Below, piece after piece: positions 52,002-60,572 of a DNA stretch of 64,000 nucleotides. The first letter of the stretch is position 1. Each line of letters starts with the position of its first letter. The DNA is taken from the sequence record NC_049850.1; one strand, written 5' to 3'. The translations under genes were made by a program, and so were the position numbers. Under the pieces are notes generated by a model. It was not told the origin of the DNA. It saw nothing but the letters and a program-made list of their open reading frames with translations, and searched no databases.

Positions 52002-53854
52002 TACGTGGCCTGTTGTGCATCCAGCACGCTATTTACCATGTCCTGCGGCGTTACCCAGTTGGCGACTGCCGCCAGCGGAATGTCGATGCCGAACTCGGAA
52101 TTCAGTTCATCCCACGCCATTTCCATGTCCATGCTGTCCCAGCCGTAATTATCACACAGGCATGAATCGAGTCCGACGCCAGCAGCAGCCGAATCCACGG
52201 TGGCTACGGCCTTCAGCACGCGCTGAGTCAGCAGCTTCGCGGTATCGACCTTCGCGGCAGTCGCCTGCGCCTGCTCCTTGGCACGCAGCAGCTTCACCAC
52301 CGTCTTCACCACGTCCGCCACCGTAGTCCAATCCTCTGCGTCCTTCAGCGGGATGTTGAGGCCGAACCGACGATCCAACGAGTACGCGAGGTTCATGCGC
52401 GAGTGGTGGTAGAAATTGCAATCGCACTGGAGGTGATCCGTGTACGACAGGCTTTCACCGCCGCTCTCGTTACGCATGATGTAGCCACGAATGTGATCGA
52501 ACGCCTGTTGCGCATCCGAAACTGCCACCTTATCAGCGTACTGCGATGCGACTTCAGAAGCGACCTGTACGGCAAAGCGATTCAGCGCGATCTGTCGCAG
52601 CACGTCGGCCACCACATCCGACACCAGTTCCCAGTCCTGCGTCGTGTGATCGAGCTTGATCGAGAACGCGTCGTTCAGGCGTTGCACCAGTTGCTCGTCG
52701 TACTGACCCGGGTACAGGTGATCCAGATTCGAGAGGATACCGATGGAGGGCGCGCGTTCCAGCATTACCTTCGACGCGTACTCTTCAGCCACGGCTTTGA
52801 TGTGCTCCGCGACCTTCCAGAAAACGGCTTCCGACAATTCGGCCGGGCTCAGTCCGTCAAACGGCATGCAGGTGCGTGCAATCTCGATCAGATCGCGGTC
52901 GATATTCAGCGCCCGTTGCACGTTCTGTTCCGCTGCGTCCAAGACAAAGCCGTCCTCTTCATCATCCTCGTCTTCGTCTACAACGTCATCTGCGTCACGC
53001 GGCAGATCGTCGTCACCGTCCGGGTCACCCTTGTCGTCGATGCTGTCGTTCTCGCGCAGACGGCCTTCGCACGCGTCAATGATGTAGGCCACGATGTCGT
53101 GGATCGTGCACCAACTCGTGTACTCGACTTCCGGAGCCAGAGCCGCGTAATGGTCGGCAATCGAATGGCTCATCGTCTGCATGTTCACGTCCGTGAATCC
53201 GAATTTGCTGCGGATGTGCGTGCTGCTCGACAATTCATCGTTGCGATCCACACAATCGAACGTGGAAACCATGCCAATCACGAACCACAGGGTCGGCAGG
53301 TAGTTGGCGTCGCGGGCCGTATGCGTATTGTTGAGTGCACCCTCGTACACGCCATTGCAGCCTTCGAGGATACCGAGCACCGCGTCGTTCACCGTGACCC
53401 AGCGATCCGGGTGCGCGCCGAGATCAGCGTAGCTGCTACGCAGGCTGTTGCGCAGGCGGCAGCGGTCTTCCTCGCCCATTTCGAGATCGAACGCGAGGTA
53501 GTCGGTCGGCATCACTTCCGGGTCCGTCATGTCGTGCTCCATGATCGAGCGGATGATGACTTTCACGACCTCCAGCACGTTGTGGTGGTTCGGATGCGTG
53601 ATCTGCGGAGGCGCTTTCGAGGGCGACGGGCGCACAGGCGTCGGCTTGGCCGGAGTGTCCAGCATGATCGTGAACTTCTCTTGGTAGCCACCCACGGTTT
53701 CGAGAACGCCCAGCTTCCGGCCCATGAATTCGAGGCCGCTGACCGTGGGCTTTTCCTTGATCTCGTTGAAGAACGATTCTTCGCACTTGCCCCAGTCCGT
53801 CCAGTTGCCGTTGTTGAGGCCACGAACGCGGTATTGGTAAACGATGTCAGCCAT
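52001..53854 (-). CDS. 617-aa protein with five tandem ACP-like domains; only the last has the GxDS motif
   Basis: Last domain GWDSMDMEMAWDELNSEFGIDIPLAAVANWVTPQDMV matches AcpP (GADSLD...[23 protein letters not shown]); four upstream repeats end in W-x-(T/L)-(V/I)-x-D-(A/V/I)-V. Confidence 0.85.
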   Translation of the reverse strand: MADIVYQYRVRGLNNGNWTDWGKCEESFFNEIKEKPTVSGLEFMGRKLGVLETVGGYQEKFTIMLDTPAKPTPVRPSPSKAPPQITHPNHHNVLEVVKVIIRSIMEHDMTDPEVMPTDYLAFDLEMGEEDRCRLRNSLRSSYADLGAHPDRWVTVNDAVLGILEGCNGVYEGALNNTHTARDANYLPTLWFVIGMVSTFDCVDRNDELSSSTHIRSKFGFTDVNMQTMSHSIADHYAALAPEVEYTSWCTIHDIVAYIIDACEGRLRENDSIDDKGDPDGDDDLPRDADDVVDEDEDDEEDGFVLDAAEQNVQRALNIDRDLIEIARTCMPFDGLSPAELSEAVFWKVAEHIKAVAEEYASKVMLERAPSIGILSNLDHLYPGQYDEQLVQRLNDAFSIKLDHTTQDWELVSDVVADVLRQIALNRFAVQVASEVASQYADKVAVSDAQQAFDHIRGYIMRNESGGESLSYTDHLQCDCNFYHHSRMNLAYSLDRRFGLNIPLKDAEDWTTVADVVKTVVKLLRAKEQAQATAAKVDTAKLLTQRVLKAVATVDSAAAGVGLDSCLCDNYGWDSMDMEMAWDELNSEFGIDIPLAAVANWVTPQDMVNSVLDAQQAT

Positions 53855-53887
53855 GTGTTGTGCTCCTGAGAAGTTGTCGATCCGTGA

Positions 53888-53916
53888 ATAATACGGAAAA
53901 AGGGCCTTGGAGTCAA
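53888..53916 (-). promoter_or_regulatory. sigma70-like promoter of the multi-ACP gene; -35 box lies in the terminator loop
   Basis: TTGACT-N17-TATTAT, then 6 nt and ATCGAC. Confidence 0.75.
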
Positions 53917-53932
53917 CCCCCAAGGCCCTTTT
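53898..53932. terminator. bidirectional Rho-independent terminator
   Basis: AAAAGGGCCTTGG-N9-CCAAGGCCCTTTT. Confidence 0.85.
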
Positions 53933-53945
53933 CATTTACTGCTGG

Positions 53946-54566
53946 TTACGCGCGACGAAGCGGCAGGTCCTTCTTCACCAGACCTTCCGGAACCGGCAAC
54001 CGGTTCGCGTACGTGCGGATCAGGATGAAGGTCAGCACACCACCCGACAGGATCGAGGCGATCACCAGACCGATCACGAGCAGCGCAATCGCGGCCTTGG
54101 GATCGTCGCTGTCGAACAGGTCGACATCACCGAAGAAGTCTTTCACTCCGGAGAACGCACCGCCCACGTTCTGGAACGCGTTGTACATGTTGTAGGCTTG
54201 TGCGAACGAGTTGTACGCCGCGCCGCCCATGCTCAGCAGACTTCGTTCACGATACGCCACGATCCACGAATGGATGGTGATGATGAGACCGGAGCCCAGT
54301 GCCGGGAAGATGATCAGCAGATACCACAGATTCATTGCTGCCTGTGCGGCCGTGGCAGGCAGGTAGCCGAACTTGTAGAGCACGGCACCCATGATGAAGC
54401 CGAACACACTGGAAAACCCGACCACCGACTGGATGGCCGCCGACCACGCGAGGACGCGGGAGAAACCGCCCACGCCCTTCGACTCGTTCCAGATGCCACC
54501 AACCGCGTAGCAGTTCCACCACGAGATACCGAAGTTCAGGACGAGAAGCAACACGAGCATGAACAT
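53946..54566 (-). CDS. multi-pass membrane protein
   Basis: About five hydrophobic segments; AAGGAGG SD. Confidence 0.8.
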   Translation of the reverse strand: MFMLVLLLVLNFGISWWNCYAVGGIWNESKGVGGFSRVLAWSAAIQSVVGFSSVFGFIMGAVLYKFGYLPATAAQAAMNLWYLLIIFPALGSGLIITIHSWIVAYRERSLLSMGGAAYNSFAQAYNMYNAFQNVGGAFSGVKDFFGDVDLFDSDDPKAAIALLVIGLVIASILSGGVLTFILIRTYANRLPVPEGLVKKDLPLRRA

Positions 54567-54578
54567 ATACCACCTCCT

Positions 54579-54689
54579 TTAATCGTTGTACCACGGAGAA
54601 TGCGGGCCACTGTTTGCACAGTTCCAGCAGAAGAGACCGAATGCTAACACGGCCACGACGACGAGTGCAACAAATTCGAGGTCGCTCAC
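54579..54689 (-). CDS. very small membrane peptide (36 aa, not in ORF track)
   Basis: MSDLEFVALVVVAVLAFGLFCWNCANSGPHSPWYND; GTGA overlap. Confidence 0.5.
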   Translation of the reverse strand: MSDLEFVALVVVAVLAFGLFCWNCANSGPHSPWYND

Positions 54690-54994
54690 AGGTCCCAGCC
54701 CACGAGCACACGCACTTGAACGTATCCAGCATCCGGAAGCTTGTGCACGCGCAGCGGCCCCATCGTGAATGCCTGCTCACCGTGTACCACGTTGTCTCCG
54801 TGCATGTAGCCGTAGAAAACAGCACGGTTCAGATCGTAGCCACCGGTCTCGGACTCCTCCTTGCACTTGGTGCGCCCTTCGAGTTGTCGCAGGTGCAGAT
54901 CGCGAAGGGCCGAGGCCACGCCGTCGTAGCCCATGGTCTTGGCGATGTCGGTCGCCATGTCGAATGCCTCGACTTTGATTTGCTGGTCCGTCAC
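54686..54994 (-). CDS. hypothetical protein
   Basis: GGAGG SD, GTG start. Confidence 0.7.
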   Translation of the reverse strand: MTDQQIKVEAFDMATDIAKTMGYDGVASALRDLHLRQLEGRTKCKEESETGGYDLNRAVFYGYMHGDNVVHGEQAFTMGPLRVHKLPDAGYVQVRVLVGWDL

Positions 54995-55515
54995 GGATGA
55001 CCCTCCGGTACGAGGTCCGAGACCTCAAGATCGAACGTGCCGTCGACGAGCCAACGGATTGCCACCTGCTGGGCCTGCTTGGCCGTCCAGTTGGCGGTGT
55101 TGCCCAGCGACACGGGAATGCTCCAGCGATTGCCCGCATTGTACGCGTGCTCTTGAACGTCGACGGCATAGCGATCACCCAACTTGAAGGTGCGTGCTCG
55201 ACGCGACGGGAGTCCGCGATAGCCCGGGTCCGGAATCGTCGACACCCAGTAACCACTGGTTCGCAATTCGCTCGTCTTGTCGTTGAGGGGCACGTCTTCG
55301 ACCACGGCGATGATACGCTCGGCATCGTTCTCACGGGTCACGAGTTCCGAGCGCTTCTTCTCCAGCGCCGCGATCTGCTTGTCGATGTCGCGGATTTGGG
55401 CGCGCAGGCCCTTCAGGTCCTTGCGATCTTCCAGCGTCTCTTTCAGGTAACGCGTGGGCTTGCCGATTTTGCCAACATACAGCGAAACGTTCGGTTTTTG
55501 CTTTTTTGTCGCCAC
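54991..55515 (-). CDS. hypothetical protein with coiled coil
   Basis: GGAGG SD downstream of a promoter. Confidence 0.8.
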   Translation of the reverse strand: MATKKQKPNVSLYVGKIGKPTRYLKETLEDRKDLKGLRAQIRDIDKQIAALEKKRSELVTRENDAERIIAVVEDVPLNDKTSELRTSGYWVSTIPDPGYRGLPSRRARTFKLGDRYAVDVQEHAYNAGNRWSIPVSLGNTANWTAKQAQQVAIRWLVDGTFDLEVSDLVPEGHP

Positions 55516-55531
55516 TTTTGAACCTCCGTTA

Positions 55532-55576
55532 TTAATCGATGAGCCGTATTCTACCGGGACCTGTTGCGCTTGTCAA
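55532..55576 (-). promoter_or_regulatory. sigma70-like promoter with ATCGATTAA at the predicted +1
   Basis: TTGACA-N17-TAGAAT-N7-ATCGATTAA. Confidence 0.85.
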
Positions 55577-55980
55577 TCCCAATCTGGGTCAGGATACGCA
55601 TGGCGCAGCAGGAACGCGGCTTCTCCCTCCGGTTCCATCGTGTATTCGGTGCGCCCCCGCGTCAGCAACGAGGCTTTTCCGGGCCTCAGCCAGTACTCCA
55701 TTTGCTTGGCTGGTTCCCCTACATAGTACTTCTGGGTGCCGCGCATTTCGGAATAGAGCACACCATAGCGCACCAGCCTGCGTACGACTTTCGTAAGCTT
55801 CCGCACAAACGCATTATCGTACCTCACGCTCAGGCGGTCCGCTAAATCGTTCATGAAGTCGCTGTCGTCATCGTAAAAGCCCATAAGCGCAAAACGCGGT
55901 AGCCCCGATTCCGCAAACTCCAGAACCAGCGCCATCGCGATTTCGCGCTCGGCCACGGACCTAATCGGCCGCTTATCCAT
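55573..55980 (-). CDS. hypothetical protein, possible winged helix
   Basis: LTKVVRRLVRYGVLYSEMRG helix-wing pattern; TGATG overlap. Confidence 0.6.
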   Translation of the reverse strand: MDKRPIRSVAEREIAMALVLEFAESGLPRFALMGFYDDDSDFMNDLADRLSVRYDNAFVRKLTKVVRRLVRYGVLYSEMRGTQKYYVGEPAKQMEYWLRPGKASLLTRGRTEYTMEPEGEAAFLLRHAYPDPDWD

Positions 55981-56435
55981 CAGATACGCACCGATACACC
56001 CAGCAACTCGTAGGCGACATCCGACATGAACTCGCCCGGGTAGAGCAGGTAGATGTCTTCGGCGTCGCGATCCGAAAAGCAGGACGCGAGAAACCCGTCG
56101 AACATGCGATCCATCAGGTCGATGAAGGCAGGCGGCGACCCACGGTGCCGGTAGCGCGCGATGTACTCGGCCTTCTGCGCATGCGATGACGGGCACACGA
56201 TGGTGTAGGGAACGCACGCGTCAGCCAGTGCCTGACGAACTTCCGCGTGCGTCGACGCCAGAATCGATTTGCCCGCCTGCAAAGATTCGCGAATGTGTTC
56301 GACGTAGTTCTCGGGGAATCGAGATTTGTCGAATGTCGACGAATCCGAATCCAGCACCGGAACACCAGCAGCGGCACGGCTCACAAACGCGGACTTCCCG
56401 ATACCCGGGAAACCACAGATTACTTTCGGTTCCAT
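55980..56435 (-). CDS. P-loop nucleotide kinase-like protein
   Basis: VICGFPGIGKS Walker A; DSDSSTF; FPENYVEHI. Confidence 0.8.
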   Translation of the reverse strand: MEPKVICGFPGIGKSAFVSRAAAGVPVLDSDSSTFDKSRFPENYVEHIRESLQAGKSILASTHAEVRQALADACVPYTIVCPSSHAQKAEYIARYRHRGSPPAFIDLMDRMFDGFLASCFSDRDAEDIYLLYPGEFMSDVAYELLGVSVRI

Positions 56436-56436
56436 A

Positions 56437-56631
56437 TCACTCCAGTTGACTTCTGTCGTTGATGACTCCGAGTCGCATACCGACCGTGGTCAGCGCATCC
56501 ATCTGACCTTCGTAGTACTCCGACTCTTCTACGCTGCCCTCGTGTGCCGCTGCCCGCAGCGACGCTTTCATTGCCAGACGATACTGCGCACGAAGGCAGG
56601 CCCGCAGTATAGCGTTCGGGATCGTATTCAC
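56437..56631 (-). CDS. hypothetical protein
   Basis: GTGA overlap. Confidence 0.65.
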   Translation of the reverse strand: MNTIPNAILRACLRAQYRLAMKASLRAAAHEGSVEESEYYEGQMDALTTVGMRLGVINDRSQLE

Positions 56632-57119
56632 AGACGCTCCAGTCGTGGGTCGGGGCGATATGCCCCGCTAATTGCTTCGAGAATGCGTTGGTCCTCACGC
56701 GCCTGCCTCGGGTACTCCATTCCGAAATCGACGCGTCGACGAATCTGTTCCGGCGTAATCGCGTTCCACGCCAGCGTCCAGTACTCGATAGCACGTTCGA
56801 TGAAGCCGCTGCGCTCGTGCGCGTAGCCGAGATCGCGAAACTTCATGAAGTTGTTGTCGCTGGCGTAGGCGTATCCACCGATCACGAACTGGCCTTCCTC
56901 GTTCGGTGTGTAGAAGTCGGCACGATTTCCGTTCATGAACACGACGTTGCCGTTGACGCGCGTCATCTGCGCCGGGAACTTCGTGATCTTGCCCAGCAGG
57001 CTCACCTGCACGAACCAGTAATAGCCGTCGTCCAGAAGGTGGAGCGGGATGACGCGATCACTGCTCAACACGGAACGGATTTCCTTCAACTGCATTTCAT
57101 GCGGCGTCGGATCGATCAT
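56628..57119 (-). CDS. hypothetical protein
   Basis: TGATG overlap. Confidence 0.75.
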   Translation of the reverse strand: MIDPTPHEMQLKEIRSVLSSDRVIPLHLLDDGYYWFVQVSLLGKITKFPAQMTRVNGNVVFMNGNRADFYTPNEEGQFVIGGYAYASDNNFMKFRDLGYAHERSGFIERAIEYWTLAWNAITPEQIRRRVDFGMEYPRQAREDQRILEAISGAYRPDPRLERL

Positions 57120-57292
57120 CAGAGGCTCCGGATAACGAGGATGAGCGGTAGAACCACGCCGTAGCCCGCTAGGCAGCCCAGCAGGAATGACACGGGCACC
57201 GTCATTTCGATCTTACGCTTGGTGATAGCGAGTGCGAGACCAGCCACAGCCAGCAGCGCAAACAGCGCGGTGATTTGAAGCATGTCGTTCAT
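57119..57292 (-). CDS. small membrane protein (2 TM)
   Basis: GGGAGG SD; MNDMLQITALFALLA... Confidence 0.7.
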   Translation of the reverse strand: MNDMLQITALFALLAVAGLALAITKRKIEMTVPVSFLLGCLAGYGVVLPLILVIRSL

Positions 57293-57321
57293 TGAACCTC
57301 CCAATCAGTTAAGAGCCGCAA

Positions 57322-57350
57322 ACTATAACGCGATCAGTCTCCGGCGTCAA
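57322..57350 (-). promoter_or_regulatory. sigma70-like promoter
   Basis: TTGACG-N17-TATAGT. Confidence 0.8.
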
Positions 57351-57657
57351 GCGCGGCCATCAGACGCGCCGGTATTGCCATGGTGGGGCAGTCGCGGACC
57401 GCACCATTTTCGTGGGTACGCACCTTCTGCGTCGTATAGTCGATGTCGACAACGAATCGACGCTCGCCCGTGACACGGCCCTGACTGTCCGTACCGATCC
57501 ACGACAGGGAGATCAATTCGTGACCGTCCCGAACCAGCGTCCGCATCTGCGATTTGCAGACTCGGCGCGAACGCCACACCATCTTGACTAACTCGTTTCC
57601 AAGTTTCACCGTTTCTTCACGAGCTACCGGCTTTTTGCTCACTTGTTGCGCTCCCAC
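57334..57657 (-). CDS. hypothetical protein
   Basis: 107-aa ORF; start uncertain. Confidence 0.65.
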   Translation of the reverse strand: MGAQQVSKKPVAREETVKLGNELVKMVWRSRRVCKSQMRTLVRDGHELISLSWIGTDSQGRVTGERRFVVDIDYTTQKVRTHENGAVRDCPTMAIPARLMAALDAGD

Positions 57658-57740
57658 TGAGTTTTGGACTTTTGAATCGAGTCACGCAGAATCTGCATAG
57701 CTTGATTCGTGTCGGTGATACGGGTAGTGCCGTGATTCCT

Positions 57741-58097
57741 CTACGAAATTCGATATTTGCGATACTCTGTTTCGTAGAACGTTGTGGCCTCTGCAACAGC
57801 CGCCACCCACTCGTCTACGGTCTCGCACTTGCGCGCGTTCCCGTTGAACCACACCCACACAACTCGCGTGTCGTAGTGAATGTAGACGTTGAATTCGTTG
57901 TCCGAGTGTACGAATGATTTCACACGCCGTTGGCCCCAGCGAACAGTTGCTGTCTCCAGCGTGGCGCTCTCACGAGTTGTGCGCGGGACGATGCTGCGCC
58001 CACCCCACTGACGGCCGAATGCGTAGACGAAGTTCGCCATGGTCTGGGTATCGGGTCGGCGTTGCGCGGCCGATTGAAACCACTGGTTTTCAAGCAC
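57741..58097 (-). CDS. hypothetical protein
   Basis: GGAGG SD, GTG start. Confidence 0.7.
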   Translation of the reverse strand: MLENQWFQSAAQRRPDTQTMANFVYAFGRQWGGRSIVPRTTRESATLETATVRWGQRRVKSFVHSDNEFNVYIHYDTRVVWVWFNGNARKCETVDEWVAAVAEATTFYETEYRKYRIS

Positions 58098-58443
58098 GGT
58101 TGTCCTCCAAAATGAGATTGAACACATTTTGGTACTTTTCCGGCCACTCGCTCTCCGTGCTCAAGAAGCGATCCTTGTCTGGCCCGCGACTGAACACAAC
58201 CAACACTTCTCGACGCGTATGGTCGAGTTCGAGTTCGAGGCAGCGCACGCAGTTCAGATCAGTCCCCTCGGGCGGGCTCAGGTCCCAGTAGAGCGAAATC
58301 GCGTCCTTGTCCGCGTCCATACGCCGCTGGTACATGCGCACGCTCTCGTCTACTGAAGGCATGAGAATGGCGTGGAGAACCCCCAGCCATTGGAACCCAA
58401 ACATCACGGCATCGTCACGCACATCGTGCTTCACTTCAATCAT
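58090..58443 (-). CDS. hypothetical protein
   Basis: MIEVKHDV...; ATGA overlap. Confidence 0.7.
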   Translation of the reverse strand: MIEVKHDVRDDAVMFGFQWLGVLHAILMPSVDESVRMYQRRMDADKDAISLYWDLSPPEGTDLNCVRCLELELDHTRREVLVVFSRGPDKDRFLSTESEWPEKYQNVFNLILEDNRA

Positions 58444-58802
58444 ACTCGTGTCCTGTAGATAGTGTCCAACACACGATCCATTACCCACTTCCAATCCTGC
58501 TCGTGGTAGATAGTGGTCGAATCCGGGTACGGCCCGTTACGCAGTGCAATCCTCACGTTCTGCACCGCGTAGTTGATCAGTATGGTGAGATCACGCGACA
58601 GGTCACTGCCGTCGATACACCAATGGAACGAGATCGTATCCTCGTCACGCTTCTCGTCCACACAGCGCACCCGGGATTCGAAGCTTTTCAGGTGCGCGTA
58701 TTCCGGGGCGCAGAATTGGGCCAGCAGCACCCGGTGGATCGTGACTGATGCCGCGCGGGGTCGACGCGTCAACAGTCTATCCCAGCCGTAGGCTTCAGAC
58801 AT
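58440..58802 (-). CDS. hypothetical protein
   Basis: MSEAYGWD... Confidence 0.7.
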   Translation of the reverse strand: MSEAYGWDRLLTRRPRAASVTIHRVLLAQFCAPEYAHLKSFESRVRCVDEKRDEDTISFHWCIDGSDLSRDLTILINYAVQNVRIALRNGPYPDSTTIYHEQDWKWVMDRVLDTIYRTRV

Positions 58803-59976
58803 TGGCCAGCCCGGCGCAGTACATGTGGAACGAGGCGCGGACGATTGCACGCACGTACATGCCGTTCTCGTCCTTCGCGAATGCAGCCGAGCCATCCGGC
58901 GCATCCGGGAATTCACGCTCCCACGCACGCTCGAACGAGCGTTGGAGAATGCCCTCGTAGCGAGCCGCGACCTTGGCCGGTTTCCGACGCTTCATGCGCG
59001 CCAGTTGTTCGCGTTCTTCCATTTCGCTCCGGTAGTCTTCCTCGTCTTCGTCGTAACGCGATGCTTTGGCCGGAGTACGGTCGTCATCGAGGTCGAATTC
59101 GGAGGCACGTTCCGCTTCATCCGAATCCGTGCTCTCACGGCTACTCAGAAATACACCGATGGGCCGGTCTTCCTGCTCGATCTTGCCGACTGCCGAGGTC
59201 GCGCTCTTGACCGCGAGGTCCGTGTACGGCACGGACAGGCCGTCGAACTTCGGGTCCGGGCTGCTGATCAGGCACTCGCCCGACGGGTACATGGCGATGA
59301 TCTTGCCAACTTCGACGGACGGTACGACTGCCGTGTGCAGCACGCGGTCACCGAGACGGAAGCCCGCGCTATATGCGGGAGTCGTCTTGTAGTCCCACGT
59401 GCCAAGCACCTCCTTGGCGTTCGAATCGGTGTAGATCACGAGGTCCTTGAAACGCCATTTCGTCTGGTCGTAGGCCGGGTCCGTGCTGCTGATGATGACG
59501 GTGCCAGCTTCCTTGTCCACGAGGCTGACGGAGCCGATGCGGAACTGCGGTCGGTGGGCAAACGCCACGTTGTCGCGGAAACGGAGCGGCAGCTTCGGTG
59601 CATCGCACAGTTTCAATTCGTAGAACTGGTACTCGATGGAGTCGGATTCGCCCGTCTCGTCATCGACTTCGGTGACCGTCACCGTGTACGCGACGCCGGT
59701 TTCGTCGCCTTCGGTACTCGTGCGCTCGACGACGCCGAGGTATTCACCGGATTCGCGGAACGCCACGTGGTCACCCTTGGTGTAGGCGCGCGGACCCGCG
59801 ATGCTAATCACGTCTTCTGCTTGCAGCAGTTGCGGGCTGAGCGTAAGATTCGGCGGCTGCACACGAACCGAAACGACGCAATCGCCGTTGGTGGTGACGG
59901 CCGTGACCCGACCGAGATACAGGTGCGTGCGTGCCGCCGAAACCACGTGATCGTTGATGCTAATGTCGTGACCCAT
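58795..59976 (-). CDS. protein with four KOW/SH3-like beta-barrel repeats, acidic linker and C-terminal FExxW module
   Basis: Repeats of xxD-x-V...(L/I/V)G-x-(V/I) (INDHV..LGRV, KGDHV..LGVV, RDNV..IGSV, LGDRV..VGKI). Confidence 0.75.
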   Translation of the reverse strand: MGHDISINDHVVSAARTHLYLGRVTAVTTNGDCVVSVRVQPPNLTLSPQLLQAEDVISIAGPRAYTKGDHVAFRESGEYLGVVERTSTEGDETGVAYTVTVTEVDDETGESDSIEYQFYELKLCDAPKLPLRFRDNVAFAHRPQFRIGSVSLVDKEAGTVIISSTDPAYDQTKWRFKDLVIYTDSNAKEVLGTWDYKTTPAYSAGFRLGDRVLHTAVVPSVEVGKIIAMYPSGECLISSPDPKFDGLSVPYTDLAVKSATSAVGKIEQEDRPIGVFLSSRESTDSDEAERASEFDLDDDRTPAKASRYDEDEEDYRSEMEEREQLARMKRRKPAKVAARYEGILQRSFERAWEREFPDAPDGSAAFAKDENGMYVRAIVRASFHMYCAGLANV

Positions 59977-59995
59977 GTTCTTGCTCCTTGTCCAG

Positions 59996-60039
59996 TTAAT
60001 CGATTCGTGAATTCTACGCAGCTACCGTAACCGTGTCAA
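59996..60039 (-). promoter_or_regulatory. sigma70-like promoter with ATCGATTAA at the predicted +1
   Basis: TTGACA-N17-TAGAAT-N6-ATCGATTAA. Confidence 0.85.
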
Positions 60040-60572
60040 GCGTTCGACACAAGGCCACAAATCTTGTCTTTCTGTTCTTGGCACGTCTTCAGGATCGCGG
60101 CCACCAGCGCCTTGTGGGTCTTGCTCAGTTTGCGCGAGCGCACGAGCGACAGCATCAGGTCTTCCGTGTCCGAGATCATCTTGAGGGTCGGCTGATCCGA
60201 CACGTTGTGTAGTCGGTCCGCGAGCTTGACGACCAACCCGTAGCTCGACAACCCACGCACCTTGTTCTTCTGGTACGCGAGCTTGCCCAGAATCTTGATC
60301 TGCACTTCGTCGTTCGAGAGTTCGAGAACGATGCTGGCCACCAGCGGGCCGAATCGGGCAACCAGTTCTTCGAACGTGGTGACCGTATCCTCCAGAATGT
60401 CGTGGAGAATAGCGGCGGCCAGCAATTCGGGCAGCTTTTTCGATTTCTTGTACGCCGCGACAATGTACGAAACGGCCAGCGGGTGCGTGATGTACGGGTC
60501 ACCGGAACCACGGCGCACTTGGCCCGCGTGTTTTTCGTTGGCGAACGCGATTGCGTCGAGAATGATCTTCAT
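60036..60572 (-). CDS. stand-alone HD-domain (p)ppGpp-hydrolase-like protein (Mesh1/SpoT-HD family)
   Basis: AIAFANEKHAGQVRR..GDPYITHP, AAAILHDILEDT, VKLADRLHN. Confidence 0.88.
   Translation of the reverse strand: MKIILDAIAFANEKHAGQVRRGSGDPYITHPLAVSYIVAAYKKSKKLPELLAAAILHDILEDTVTTFEELVARFGPLVASIVLELSNDEVQIKILGKLAYQKNKVRGLSSYGLVVKLADRLHNVSDQPTLKMISDTEDLMLSLVRSRKLSKTHKALVAAILKTCQEQKDKICGLVSNA

Noticed and set aside
52001-53854. Multi-ACP gene as part of a PKS/NRPS or fatty-acid biosynthetic cluster
   Set aside because: No ketosynthase, adenylation, acyltransferase or PPTase gene is in the window, and four of the five domains lack the serine.
54579-54587. AACGATTAA variant of the promoter +1 motif
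   Set aside because: It is the stop region of a small ORF and no properly spaced -35/-10 pair lies upstream.
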